NCBI GenBank assembly: GCA_964545345.1
Contig: CAZJFE010000001.1
Coordinates: 15,360-79,359 of the forward strand
DNA: 64,000 bases
Direction: 5' to 3'
Origin: an uncultured Candidatus Saccharibacteria bacterium
GTDB taxonomy: Bacteria; Patescibacteriota; Minisyncoccia; UBA6257; WO2-44-18
In this document: positions 55,763 to 64,000 of the stretch, piece by piece
Layout: each line of letters starts with the position of its first letter
Numbering within the stretch: the first letter of the stretch is position 1
Program-made: the position numbers and the translations under genes
The notes under the pieces: generated by a model
The model's database searches: none
What the model was told of the DNA's origin: nothing
The model's input: the letters and a program-made list of their open reading frames with translations, nothing else

Positions 55763-58062
55763 TCCTCTTTTCCTTCTCGCTTCTACTTGCGGGCGCGATT
55801 TTTTATCCGGCGCTTTTTAGCGGAAAAGTGATGGGGACAGACGCGATTGAGTTGAATATTCCGCAAATGGCTTTCTATAAACAGGTTCTCCAAAACGGTG
55901 GTACGCCCTTTTGGAATCCTAATGTCGCCGTTGGTTTTCCCAATTTCATTTCTATCCAGGGTTTTCCTTACTCGCCGGTCAATTGGTTATTGTTCGCTTT
56001 TTCTCCGATCACCGCTCATTACATTGGTATTACTTTAACAATTGCCCTGGCCTTGTTTTTCGGCGCGCTCTTCCTGCGGGAACTCGGCATAAGTATTTGG
56101 GGATCTTTGATCGGCTCACTAGCTTATGTAGCCGGCAATATCCACTTTGACCGAGATGTTGTTTTGGCGACCGCGGTAATGATTCAGGTAATTGATTTCT
56201 GGGTGCTAATGAAGATATATAAAGCCCCGGATTTTCGTTTCTCGCTGAAATATTATGTTTTCGGGGCGTTAACGGTTGGTTATGGCTGGCTGATGACTTC
56301 TTATTTCCCGACCTTATATATTTTCACCGGCCTGGTTGCTTTCGCTCTTTTCTTGGGTTCCCAAAGCGTGGATCGTAAGGCAGCTCTCAAGAAGTTATTT
56401 CTGGCTTTATTTATCGTTTTTGCCATCGGCACAATTATCGGACTGTTGCAGCTTGTGCCCACCTATGTGCTTACGCAGTTCTCCCAACGCAGCGGCGGAT
56501 TTGGGGCCGAAGCTCTGCAAGGATATTCCATCAATTGGTACGAACTTTCTCACTTCTTCTTCCTGACGCCGCGCCGTGGGCTGGACGCCTACTTATTCAT
56601 AGGTATTGCTCCGTTGATCTACCTGATTTTTTCTTTTTGGAACAAAAAACCAATGGCGGAATTTTTCCGGTGGTTTTTCCTGATTGTCCTATTAATTTCT
56701 ATCAAACACTCGCCATTATTTTGGCTGCTTGCTCAGCTGCCGATTTTTGACCTTTTTCAGGGCGCGGCCCGGTTTATGTTGGTTGGCATGCTCGGCGCTG
56801 GCGTATCGGTCGGATTCGGGTTTGATTATCTCGCCAATCTGATTGCAGAAAATAAAACCAGTGAGATTAGAAAGAAATTTATGGTCTTAGCTACTGCTAT
56901 CGCCGCCCTCCTACTATTAGTCTGGAAACTTTATCCAGAATCAGTGTTGCTATCGGTTGCCCTATCTTTCGGGGCGCTTTTACTGATCGCAGCCCCGCTT
57001 TTATTTAATCAATGGAAGATTTTTTTGCCGACAATGATTTTGTTGGCCGTCATTGAATTCGTCATAATTTTTTATAATTTCAACCAAACAATAACTTTTG
57101 ACAAAGAATCTTATAAAAGCGGCCCCCCCGTTGTTGAATATCTTCAAAAAAATACCGGGCGGCTCTTGCCCATTTTCGTAGATGACTGGGATGATGTCTT
57201 TTTCTACAACTATCTAAGCCCAAGGACTCCTAATCCTGAATGGGAAGAGAATCCACAGGGGCTTGTTAACTTCAAATACAAAACCCTTTATCCTAATTAC
57301 CACCTTCTTCACGGCATCGCTAACCTGGAGGTTAACGAGCCGCTTCTTAATGTCGCTGTCGGTCGCCTGATGGCTCTCGTCGGTCCACGCCAGCTGGTCG
57401 CCTCTGGCGGAGAGGAAAAGCTGGATAAGTTGCATGCTACGCTGGGTAAAGTAGATAATTCGGCTCGGGCCAAGCTCATCATTCTCTTGGATCGGTCTGC
57501 CCTTTTGGACTTTTTGGGCATCAGATATCTATTGAGCATGGTTGATTTACGTTCAGTTGAGAATAATTGGCCAAATCTGCAGTTAGTCGGGACCTATGGG
57601 ATCAGTCTCGCAGATGATGCCCCTAGAAACTTACCTGTTGGTTTGTATGAGAGCAAAACCGTTAAACCGCTTGCCTATTTTGCCCAGCGTCCGATTTTCA
57701 AGTCTGACGAGTCGGAAATATATCAATTATTTAAAGGGGGGAATTTTCGGGATATCTATGTTCAATGCGCTGACTGCGGGCAAACATCTTTTGATGGATT
57801 AGGGAAGGTGAATATTGGAGAGGAAAAGGCAGGTATAGCAAAAGTTAGCACCAATTCCCCAAAAGAACAGTTTCTGGTTTTTACTCAAAATTATTTACCG
57901 GGCTGGCGGGCGTTTGTAGATGGCCAGGAAGTTGAAATGTATAAGGTGAATACAGTCTTCCCCGGAATCTTTGTTCCAGCGGGGGAACACAAAGTAGAGT
58001 TCCGTTACGATTATTGGCAGATGTTTAGCCTAAAACTTATTTTCGGCCAAAATAATGAATAA
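55726..58062 (+). CDS. YfhO-family GT-C membrane glycosyltransferase (paralog 2, tandem)
   Basis: FWNPNVAVGFPNF shared with paralog 1; C-terminal NYLPGWRAFVDGQEVEMYKVNTVFPGIFVPAGEHKVEFRYDYW. Confidence 0.7.
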   Translation: MAFLEQQLNRKIILFSFSLLLAGAIFYPALFSGKVMGTDAIELNIPQMAFYKQVLQNGGTPFWNPNVAVGFPNFISIQGFPYSPVNWLLFAFSPITAHYIGITLTIALALFFGALFLRELGISIWGSLIGSLAYVAGNIHFDRDVVLATAVMIQVIDFWVLMKIYKAPDFRFSLKYYVFGALTVGYGWLMTSYFPTLYIFTGLVAFALFLGSQSVDRKAALKKLFLALFIVFAIGTIIGLLQLVPTYVLTQFSQRSGGFGAEALQGYSINWYELSHFFFLTPRRGLDAYLFIGIAPLIYLIFSFWNKKPMAEFFRWFFLIVLLISIKHSPLFWLLAQLPIFDLFQGAARFMLVGMLGAGVSVGFGFDYLANLIAENKTSEIRKKFMVLATAIAALLLLVWKLYPESVLLSVALSFGALLLIAAPLLFNQWKIFLPTMILLAVIEFVIIFYNFNQTITFDKESYKSGPPVVEYLQKNTGRLLPIFVDDWDDVFFYNYLSPRTPNPEWEENPQGLVNFKYKTLYPNYHLLHGIANLEVNEPLLNVAVGRLMALVGPRQLVASGGEEKLDKLHATLGKVDNSARAKLIILLDRSALLDFLGIRYLLSMVDLRSVENNWPNLQLVGTYGISLADDAPRNLPVGLYESKTVKPLAYFAQRPIFKSDESEIYQLFKGGNFRDIYVQCADCGQTSFDGLGKVNIGEEKAGIAKVSTNSPKEQFLVFTQNYLPGWRAFVDGQEVEMYKVNTVFPGIFVPAGEHKVEFRYDYWQMFSLKLIFGQNNE

Positions 58063-58075
58063 TTAATTAAGAATT

Positions 58076-58876
58076 ATGAACTCACTGGTAAAATTCAAAA
58101 AGGATCCGGTTCGTCTAGTTGATGGCAGGCCGCTTTTTATTTCCGATACAGAATTCTCCGGATTGCATAGCGATTTGCATACCGGCTTTATTAATCGTCT
58201 AAAAACCGCTCTTAAAAAAATCCCCCAGCTCTATGCTTTCATCTTTTATTTTCTGGCTCCGGCTTTTTTCTTGGGGAAACAACCGAAATCAATCTTCCAA
58301 TACGCTGGCGGCGGAAAATTGATTATCGATATTGGCTCCGGCAACCGGCGTTTGGGTCCTAATGTGGTCAATGTTGATATCCATCCCTGGGAGCAGGTGG
58401 ATATTCTGGCGGATGCCCACGATTTGCCCTTCGCTGACAACTCTGTTGATGGCTTGGTCTTTTCCTGGGTGCTCGAGCATATGAAGGATCCAATAAAGGT
58501 GGCCAGTGAATTCCGTCGAGTGCTGAAGTCCGGTGGCTATCTTTATCTCTCAACCAATTTTATTTTTCCATACCATCCTTCTCCACGAGATTATTATCGC
58601 TGGACCTCCGAAGGTCTGCGCGAATTATTTAGCGACTTAGAAATAGTTGAATTAAAACCAACGATTGGTCCAATGGCGGCCTTCTTGTCGGTATTTCAGG
58701 AATGGGCATCCCTGATTTTGTCTTTCAATAGCCAATGGCTGAAGGATTTTCTGTGGATATTGCTGGTGGTTACGACTTCCCCGTTAAAATTGCTTGACCT
58801 GCTCTTCATTCATTACAAATTTGCGGAGAATATCAGCGCCGGCTTCTACTTGATTGCCCGTAAACCCCGCACTTAA
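58076..58876 (+). CDS. Class I SAM-dependent methyltransferase (type 11-like)
   Basis: LIIDIGSGNRRLGPNVVNVDI; DGLVFSWVLEHMKDP. Confidence 0.7.
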   Translation: MNSLVKFKKDPVRLVDGRPLFISDTEFSGLHSDLHTGFINRLKTALKKIPQLYAFIFYFLAPAFFLGKQPKSIFQYAGGGKLIIDIGSGNRRLGPNVVNVDIHPWEQVDILADAHDLPFADNSVDGLVFSWVLEHMKDPIKVASEFRRVLKSGGYLYLSTNFIFPYHPSPRDYYRWTSEGLRELFSDLEIVELKPTIGPMAAFLSVFQEWASLILSFNSQWLKDFLWILLVVTTSPLKLLDLLFIHYKFAENISAGFYLIARKPRT

Positions 58877-59040
58877 AAAGCGCTCCACTGCCAGATGGTT
58901 TTTCTTAATCTCCGGTTTGTTTTTTGCATAGAACTTAATTTTCTAGAAAGATTACTTTACCGCGGGCAGTGAAATTTCACCGGCGCCTCTTAAGTGACGG
59001 GGTTGATTTTTCGAATCAAAATAGTTTAAATTGGCTGTAC

Positions 59041-59919
59041 ATGAATAAGGCGGTAAAAATTGGCCACAAGGAGGTGGGGCCGGGCAAGCCGGTTTTTGTG
59101 ATTGCCGAGATTGGCATAAATCACAATGGTGAGCTGGAGACCGCCAAAAAATTGATCAGAACCGCCGCTGAGGCAGGTTGTGACGCGGTAAAATTTCAGA
59201 AGCGTACTCCGGAGATTTGCGTGCCGAAAGATCAGTGGGACAAAATGCGCGAGACCCCCTGGGGCTACATCAGCTACATTGATTACAAGAAGAAGATGGA
59301 ATTCGGACCGGCCGAATACAAAGAAATTGATCAGCTTTGCAAGGAGTTGGGAATTTTGTGGTTTGCCTCCTGCTGGGACGAAGAGAGTGTCGCTTTCATG
59401 GAGCAATTCAATCCGCCTTGCCACAAAGTTGCCTCGGCTTCCTTAACCGACCGCGGTTTGTTGGAATCTCTGAAGAAAACCGGCAAGCCAATTATTCTTT
59501 CCACCGGGATGAGCTCTGTGGCGCAAATTGATAAGGCGGTGGAAGTTTTGGGCAAAGACAATCTCGTTTTGATGCACACCGTCTCCACTTATCCGGCCGA
59601 GCATCATCATTTGAATTTGAATGCTGTTCAAACGCTGGCCGATCGGTATGAAGTCCCGGTTGGTTACAGCGGACATGAGAAGGGTGTCGTGCCGTCCGTT
59701 GTCGCTACCGCCTTGGGCGCTTGCGCCGTGGAGCGTCATATTACTTTGGACCGGACTATGTGGGGCACTGATCAGGCGGCTAGTTTGGAACCGAAAGGGC
59801 TGAAGATGTTGGTAAAAGAAATTAGAATCTTAGAGCAAGCTCTTGGTGACGGAGTTAAGCGGGTGCTTGCCGAAGAAGTTCCGATTGCCGAAAAACTTCG
59901 CCGGAAAAAGGACTTCTAA
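59041..59919 (+). CDS. NeuB-family sialic-acid-synthase-like TIM-barrel protein, apparently lacking the C-terminal SAF domain
   Basis: PVFVIAEIGINHNGELETAKKLI signature; ends ~LEQALGDGVKRVLAEEVPIAEKLRRKKDF, 292 aa versus ~340-350 for NeuB/PseI; next gene is on the opposite strand. Confidence 0.7.
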   Translation: MNKAVKIGHKEVGPGKPVFVIAEIGINHNGELETAKKLIRTAAEAGCDAVKFQKRTPEICVPKDQWDKMRETPWGYISYIDYKKKMEFGPAEYKEIDQLCKELGILWFASCWDEESVAFMEQFNPPCHKVASASLTDRGLLESLKKTGKPIILSTGMSSVAQIDKAVEVLGKDNLVLMHTVSTYPAEHHHLNLNAVQTLADRYEVPVGYSGHEKGVVPSVVATALGACAVERHITLDRTMWGTDQAASLEPKGLKMLVKEIRILEQALGDGVKRVLAEEVPIAEKLRRKKDF

Positions 59920-61832
59920 GCTTTGTAGAAGAAACCGAATTTGTATTGGCCGGATTTAAATCCACACGCTCTAAGAAACTTGGCATTCATGTTGGCGATT
60001 TCCATCTTTTCTTTAAGAAACTTTTGATACTCGGCGGGCAGATTGCTTTTAAGTTTTCCGATGATTTTCAGATTCTTTTTAAATCCTACTCCGATTATTC
60101 CACCCTGCTTCGCGTATAAGGCAAAATGGGGCAAAAGGGCGGAGCTTACAAAAACCCGGACATCGCCAGCGACGGATTGAGCGAAAGACCAATCTGGGCT
60201 TATCTCGCTTTGGTTGTTGGTGAAAACTATTTCTTGGCCGGAGAATAAAGTTAGCTTTCCTTCGGCGGCAATCGGTTTTCCAAAGGTTTTTTCCGAGAAC
60301 TCATTTAGGACGTCATAGCCAAGATATAATCCAACGCGCACCATTTCCTGCAATTCCAATGATTTTTCTGGCCGCCAATTTTTGCGCAGGTTTTGTAGTC
60401 GAGCTAAGAAATCATCTGATTCCTTTTTTCGCCCGATAATTTTAGCAGTATTTTCTAGGGCGTAAGCGAAAGATCTCGTATAGCGGAGCGCGCATTGAAC
60501 ATCCAGAGGATTTTTCTTAAGGATCATTATTAAACGGATCATTCGTTCGGGTAGCCAGTCCACCACGTTCGCTAAGTTGCGAAGCGATCGCACCTTTTTA
60601 TTTGGGTGCTTTGGGAGCGCGGCGCGGCCGTGTAGCGGCTTGATTTTTAGGTCGTCCAGCCAGAGTATCTTCTGGAAGACTGCTTCGGGCATGATCATCA
60701 ACCCGCCCTTAGCCACCTTTTGGATATTCGGCCCATCGGGATTATGCCAGGCATAGGTTTGGTTTTTCTTTAAAACGACAATCGGGTCAATATCGCTCAC
60801 GCCCGGAGCGCTGACCGAGCCATATTCATAGGCGCCGAGGACGTCCGGATTTTTTGATAGACCTTTGACCATCTCCCGACGAGCGGAATCGTAAATTTTC
60901 AATGGGATTTTTTTCGGATGGTTTGCGAATTTGGTCCGTGATTTTTCCAGATCTTTTTTCCACTCGTCCAGCATTTTTAATGCCGCTTGGTAATAATTCT
61001 TTCCTAGGATCTTTTCGGCTTGAGGAAAGTTTCTACGGGCCAGTTCCAACTTTTTCAGAAACGGATGCTTGATCAAATCAAAAGAAAACTTTTTATACAC
61101 AAAAATCCCCTTGGCCTGTAGGTATACGCTAGGCATCAGAAGGAGCATCGCCACGAACCACTTCAGTTGATATTTGGGTGAACCGGGTTTGTTGGTAATT
61201 CTCCCGGTGGCGGCGATATCTTTGAATATCTGATAATAGTGTTCAAAGTTTTCCAGGTCTTCCCGGCGCGAGTCTCGGATGTGGAAGTTTATTTTATTTT
61301 TCCCGGATAAGACCTTCGCATATCGGAAGACTTCCACCGGCATAAAGCGTTGATGATAATAATTTAAATTGGCTTCATTGCAGAAAATAAAACCATGGTG
61401 TTCCAGGGGGTCGGCTTTTTTTAATAAACCACGAACAGCAGAGATCTTTTTTCGCAATGTCTCAAGTTTTTCCGGATTTCCGCAAACGCTACCCCGAATC
61501 AATACAAAAGTGTCTAAGTCACTGAATCCTTCGGCCCAATCCATCGTGGCGACACTGCCATGAACGATTAGCGAGGCCACCTCTTTTTTTAGATTTTTCT
61601 CAAAGTATTTCTTCAGTTCGGTCAGAATTGGGGCATATTTTGTTCCTCGATACTCTCTCAATTCCAATTTATTAATTTCTATTTTCTGTTCAACTGTCCA
61701 CGTCTTACTAAATGTTGGCCAGAGCTTCTTGTATCCTGTGGCGATCCGCCCCGCTTCTTTGGGGTTTGATGCTGGCGAATTTAAGAAATGATTAAGCGCG
61801 TAAAAAAGCTCATTTTGCTCCTTCTGGTGCAT
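59916..61832 (-). CDS. Protein with two nucleotidyltransferase (Pol-beta superfamily) motifs, function unknown
   Basis: LIVHGSVATMDWAEGFSDLDTFVL and YEYGSVSAPGVSDIDPIVVL each fit hG[GS]-x9-13-DhD; 638 aa. Confidence 0.5.
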   Translation of the reverse strand: MHQKEQNELFYALNHFLNSPASNPKEAGRIATGYKKLWPTFSKTWTVEQKIEINKLELREYRGTKYAPILTELKKYFEKNLKKEVASLIVHGSVATMDWAEGFSDLDTFVLIRGSVCGNPEKLETLRKKISAVRGLLKKADPLEHHGFIFCNEANLNYYHQRFMPVEVFRYAKVLSGKNKINFHIRDSRREDLENFEHYYQIFKDIAATGRITNKPGSPKYQLKWFVAMLLLMPSVYLQAKGIFVYKKFSFDLIKHPFLKKLELARRNFPQAEKILGKNYYQAALKMLDEWKKDLEKSRTKFANHPKKIPLKIYDSARREMVKGLSKNPDVLGAYEYGSVSAPGVSDIDPIVVLKKNQTYAWHNPDGPNIQKVAKGGLMIMPEAVFQKILWLDDLKIKPLHGRAALPKHPNKKVRSLRNLANVVDWLPERMIRLIMILKKNPLDVQCALRYTRSFAYALENTAKIIGRKKESDDFLARLQNLRKNWRPEKSLELQEMVRVGLYLGYDVLNEFSEKTFGKPIAAEGKLTLFSGQEIVFTNNQSEISPDWSFAQSVAGDVRVFVSSALLPHFALYAKQGGIIGVGFKKNLKIIGKLKSNLPAEYQKFLKEKMEIANMNAKFLRACGFKSGQYKFGFFYKA

Positions 61833-61840
61833 TAACAGGA

Positions 61841-62560
61841 TTATGAACGGCCGGTTAGCGCCTTTGCAAGCGCCTTAAGATCCTTCGGCTCATCAAGATC
61901 CATTGATTTTACGGCGTCGGTGATTACTCCGCAGATCGGACCGGCGAAAATATTTCCGGTTTTTATATTTTTAACGCGAATGGCATCCACTAGTCCGTTC
62001 TGCCAATAGACTTGCGGCAGAATTTGCCGAGGCACATCCGTTCCGAGTTTTTTGTAATGCTTGGTGGGCATTAAGGGCTGCATCTTATTTTCTCCGTCAA
62101 AGAGCCACATCTTGTACGGGTTGTGTGGGAGAGGAGAGGAAACGGTTTTTACCAGCGAACATTTTTCTTTTAACGCTACGGAAATTACCTCATCAATATC
62201 CTTTGCGGTGCGAAGCGGGGAGGTTGGCCGCAGGTTTACTAGTATTTCTGGTTCCCAACCTCGATGTTTTTTCACCCACGCTAAGGCATGGCGCATAAAC
62301 TCAATATCTATGGATTTATCTCCGGAAATTTCCGCCGGACGTAGAAATGGCACGTCCGCTCCATGTTTTTTTGCCACCGCGGCGATTCTTGGGTCATCGG
62401 TGGAAACTATAAAAGCATCAAGCAGCTTTGATTTCTTGGCGGCGGCGATCGTGTAGTAGATCAAAGGCTTGCCCGCTACTAAAGCGATATTTTTATGCGG
62501 GATACTTTTAGATCCGCCGCGAGCGGGGATAATTCCTAAAACTTTGATCTTTTTTTTCAT
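61841..62560 (-). CDS. N-acylneuraminate (CMP-nonulosonate family) cytidylyltransferase, second paralog
   Basis: LGIIPARGGSKSIPHKNI...FLRPAEISGD. Confidence 0.8.
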   Translation of the reverse strand: MKKKIKVLGIIPARGGSKSIPHKNIALVAGKPLIYYTIAAAKKSKLLDAFIVSTDDPRIAAVAKKHGADVPFLRPAEISGDKSIDIEFMRHALAWVKKHRGWEPEILVNLRPTSPLRTAKDIDEVISVALKEKCSLVKTVSSPLPHNPYKMWLFDGENKMQPLMPTKHYKKLGTDVPRQILPQVYWQNGLVDAIRVKNIKTGNIFAGPICGVITDAVKSMDLDEPKDLKALAKALTGRS

Positions 62561-62566
62561 TTGTTT

Positions 62567-62830
62567 TTAGTGCCAATCGTTATGAATGTAATATTGACCA
62601 TCCTCGCAGAGGTACATATTTTTCTTACTCCCTTCATCAATGCCGGAATATTTGCAGAGCTGGTTGCCGATTTTTATCTCAGGTAGCTTCTCCCCGAAGT
62701 ATGTAGCGTCCGCCTGAAGGTTGAGCCGCTGTTTTTCCTGATGATTGATGGCAGCCGCGTAAATCCACGAGGCAATCAGGATAAACATTGCCGTAGAAAG
62801 CGCCCAGATTTTTTTCTTGTCTCCGCTCAT
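62567..62830 (-). CDS. Small membrane-anchored hypothetical protein
   Basis: 87 aa; N-terminal TM IWALSTAMFILIASWIYAAAI; Cys pair in C-terminal part. Confidence 0.4.
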   Translation of the reverse strand: MSGDKKKIWALSTAMFILIASWIYAAAINHQEKQRLNLQADATYFGEKLPEIKIGNQLCKYSGIDEGSKKNMYLCEDGQYYIHNDWH

Positions 62831-62881
62831 CTCTTTTATTGATAATTAAGCATTTTTATGGCATTATGACAAGACATTTAG

Positions 62882-64000
62882 ATGTCTGAAACTATTTTCC
62901 TCTTTCTTAAAAACGCCCTCTTTATCGCCGATTTACTGAAAACTAACTACATCAAAGAACTCGCCAGTAAGTACCGCGTGGTAGTTTTCAGTAACGTGGA
63001 CGATCTGGAGATGGATCGGCGCCTCAAAGAACTCAATGTGGAGCGGGTATTTTGGAAGCTTCAAAATTCGCGGTTGTTTATGGTCACCAAATTCCTGCGT
63101 ACCGCCTGTATGCATGAGTTTGATAAGGTTTCCAGCTTACAGTTTTATTACGGCAGTCCGGCTTTCCAAAACGATAAGCGGGCTAAATTGCTCCGCCTGA
63201 TTTCTTGGCCGTTCGCTCCGATTTTGACCGTCAACTTTTTCACCTGGGTAGAGAAATTATTTTTACGGCGGTCAAAGTTGTTTGATGAGTATTGCGCGAA
63301 ATACAATCCGGCGCTGATCATGACCGCCACACCCGGCGTGCAGGTATACGACGCGGAGGCGATTCTCTATGGAAAGAAAAAAGGCATTCCGACACTCGCC
63401 ACCAACTTGAGTTGGGATAATTTAACCTCCTTCAAATGTGTTCGTTCTCGGAAGCCCGACTATCTTTTTGTCTGGAATCAGGTCTTAAAAGACGCGGCGG
63501 TAAAAATTCACCGTTTTGATCCGGAGAGGATTTTCATCACCGGCAGTATGCGGTTTGATCGCTATTTTGATGGCGTTCATCCGATTCCGGCGCGCGAAGA
63601 GTTTTTGAAATCCAAAAATTTGAATCCTGCCCACCCGACAATCTTGTTTGCTTCCGGAGGGCGCGCGCCGCATCAACCAAAAGTTTTGGCGAAGATTATC
63701 GCCGCTCGCGACGAGAAAAAGATTCCTTATGTTAATTTTTTGGTCCGGCCGCATCCGTTTGATGACCCCGAGTTTTATCGTCCGTTGGCGGGCGCGAAAG
63801 ATTTATGGATTGAGCGATTATCGCGACCGATTGAAAATCCATTCATAAATCTGAAGGCAAGCTTGGCCCACACCGAAATCAACATCAATCATAAGTCCAC
63901 AATTTCTTTGGAATCGTTTATTTTTGATAAACCGGTGATTAACTTTATGGATCCTGGGGCGACCTTCCAAAACAAGCATTATTTTGATGAGAGCTCTTAT
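62882..64000 (+). CDS. Uncharacterised GT-B-like putative transferase, paralog 3 of 3 (partial, runs off the window end)
   Basis: ATG 62882; LSWDNLTSFK, RPHPFDDPEF, FDKPVINF blocks shared with the other two paralogs; no stop before 64000. Confidence 0.5.
   Translation, partial: MSETIFLFLKNALFIADLLKTNYIKELASKYRVVVFSNVDDLEMDRRLKELNVERVFWKLQNSRLFMVTKFLRTACMHEFDKVSSLQFYYGSPAFQNDKRAKLLRLISWPFAPILTVNFFTWVEKLFLRRSKLFDEYCAKYNPALIMTATPGVQVYDAEAILYGKKKGIPTLATNLSWDNLTSFKCVRSRKPDYLFVWNQVLKDAAVKIHRFDPERIFITGSMRFDRYFDGVHPIPAREEFLKSKNLNPAHPTILFASGGRAPHQPKVLAKIIAARDEKKIPYVNFLVRPHPFDDPEFYRPLAGAKDLWIERLSRPIENPFINLKASLAHTEININHKSTISLESFIFDKPVINFMDPGATFQNKHYFDESSY

Noticed and set aside
1-64000. CRISPR arrays, tRNA, rRNA, integrase/transposase genes
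   Set aside because: No regularly spaced direct repeats, no tRNA-like T-arm or acceptor signatures, no rRNA-like segments, and no recombinase motifs were found on reading both strands. The inverted repeats at 29.2/37.1 kb therefore have no cognate recombinase in this window.

Overview
This 64-kb window has a moderate-GC (~45-50%) genome with small, tightly packed and often overlapping genes, many glycosyltransferases and a giant surface protein. That is consistent with a reduced-genome bacterium of the Patescibacteria/CPR type, but this is not proven. The first ~20 kb is mostly housekeeping: a NifU/IscU-like scaffold, yraN, a TrmB-family regulator, a YvcK-like protein, a phospholipase-D-family enzyme, recA (minus), a rodZ-like gene (minus), ftsK (minus), a HAD hydrolase, a phosphohexomutase, two FolD paralogs, a cysteine desulfurase and clpB. 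A 1266-aa secreted surface protein sits at 20.2-24.0 kb. From ~24.8 kb to the window end runs a ~39-kb surface-glycan island. It holds six GT4 and two GT2 glycosyltransferases, two tandem YfhO-type GT-C proteins, a Wzx-like flippase, rfbB/rfbD, a sugar C-methyltransferase, a DegT aminotransferase, five SAM methyltransferases, NeuC-/NeuB-like genes, two NeuA-like cytidylyltransferases, an SQD1-type UDP-sulfoquinovose synthase, glyA-folD, and three paralogs of an uncharacterised GT-B-like family. No rRNA, tRNA or CRISPR array was seen. The most unusual locus is a ~1.1-kb promoter-to-terminator unit at 2569-3735 between the TrmB regulator and YvcK. It has a consensus sigma70 promoter, two near-identical type-III hammerhead ribozyme motifs with full catalytic cores and a compensatory stem-I change, each followed by a Shine-Dalgarno sequence and a small ORF (one toxin-like TM peptide), then a GC-rich structured tail and a strong terminator. 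Second most unusual are nested perfect inverted repeats (28 bp outer, 26 bp inner) that bracket a 7.65-kb sugar-biosynthesis cassette at 29.2-37.1 kb; the inner repeat contains the start codons of both edge genes. Also notable are two over-represented motif families (AATNCGGCAAT, and TGTTTAACA / TTGTTT-N6-AAACAA around yraN), a NeuB-like protein lacking the C-terminal SAF domain, and a 638-aa protein with two nucleotidyltransferase motifs inside the glycan island.
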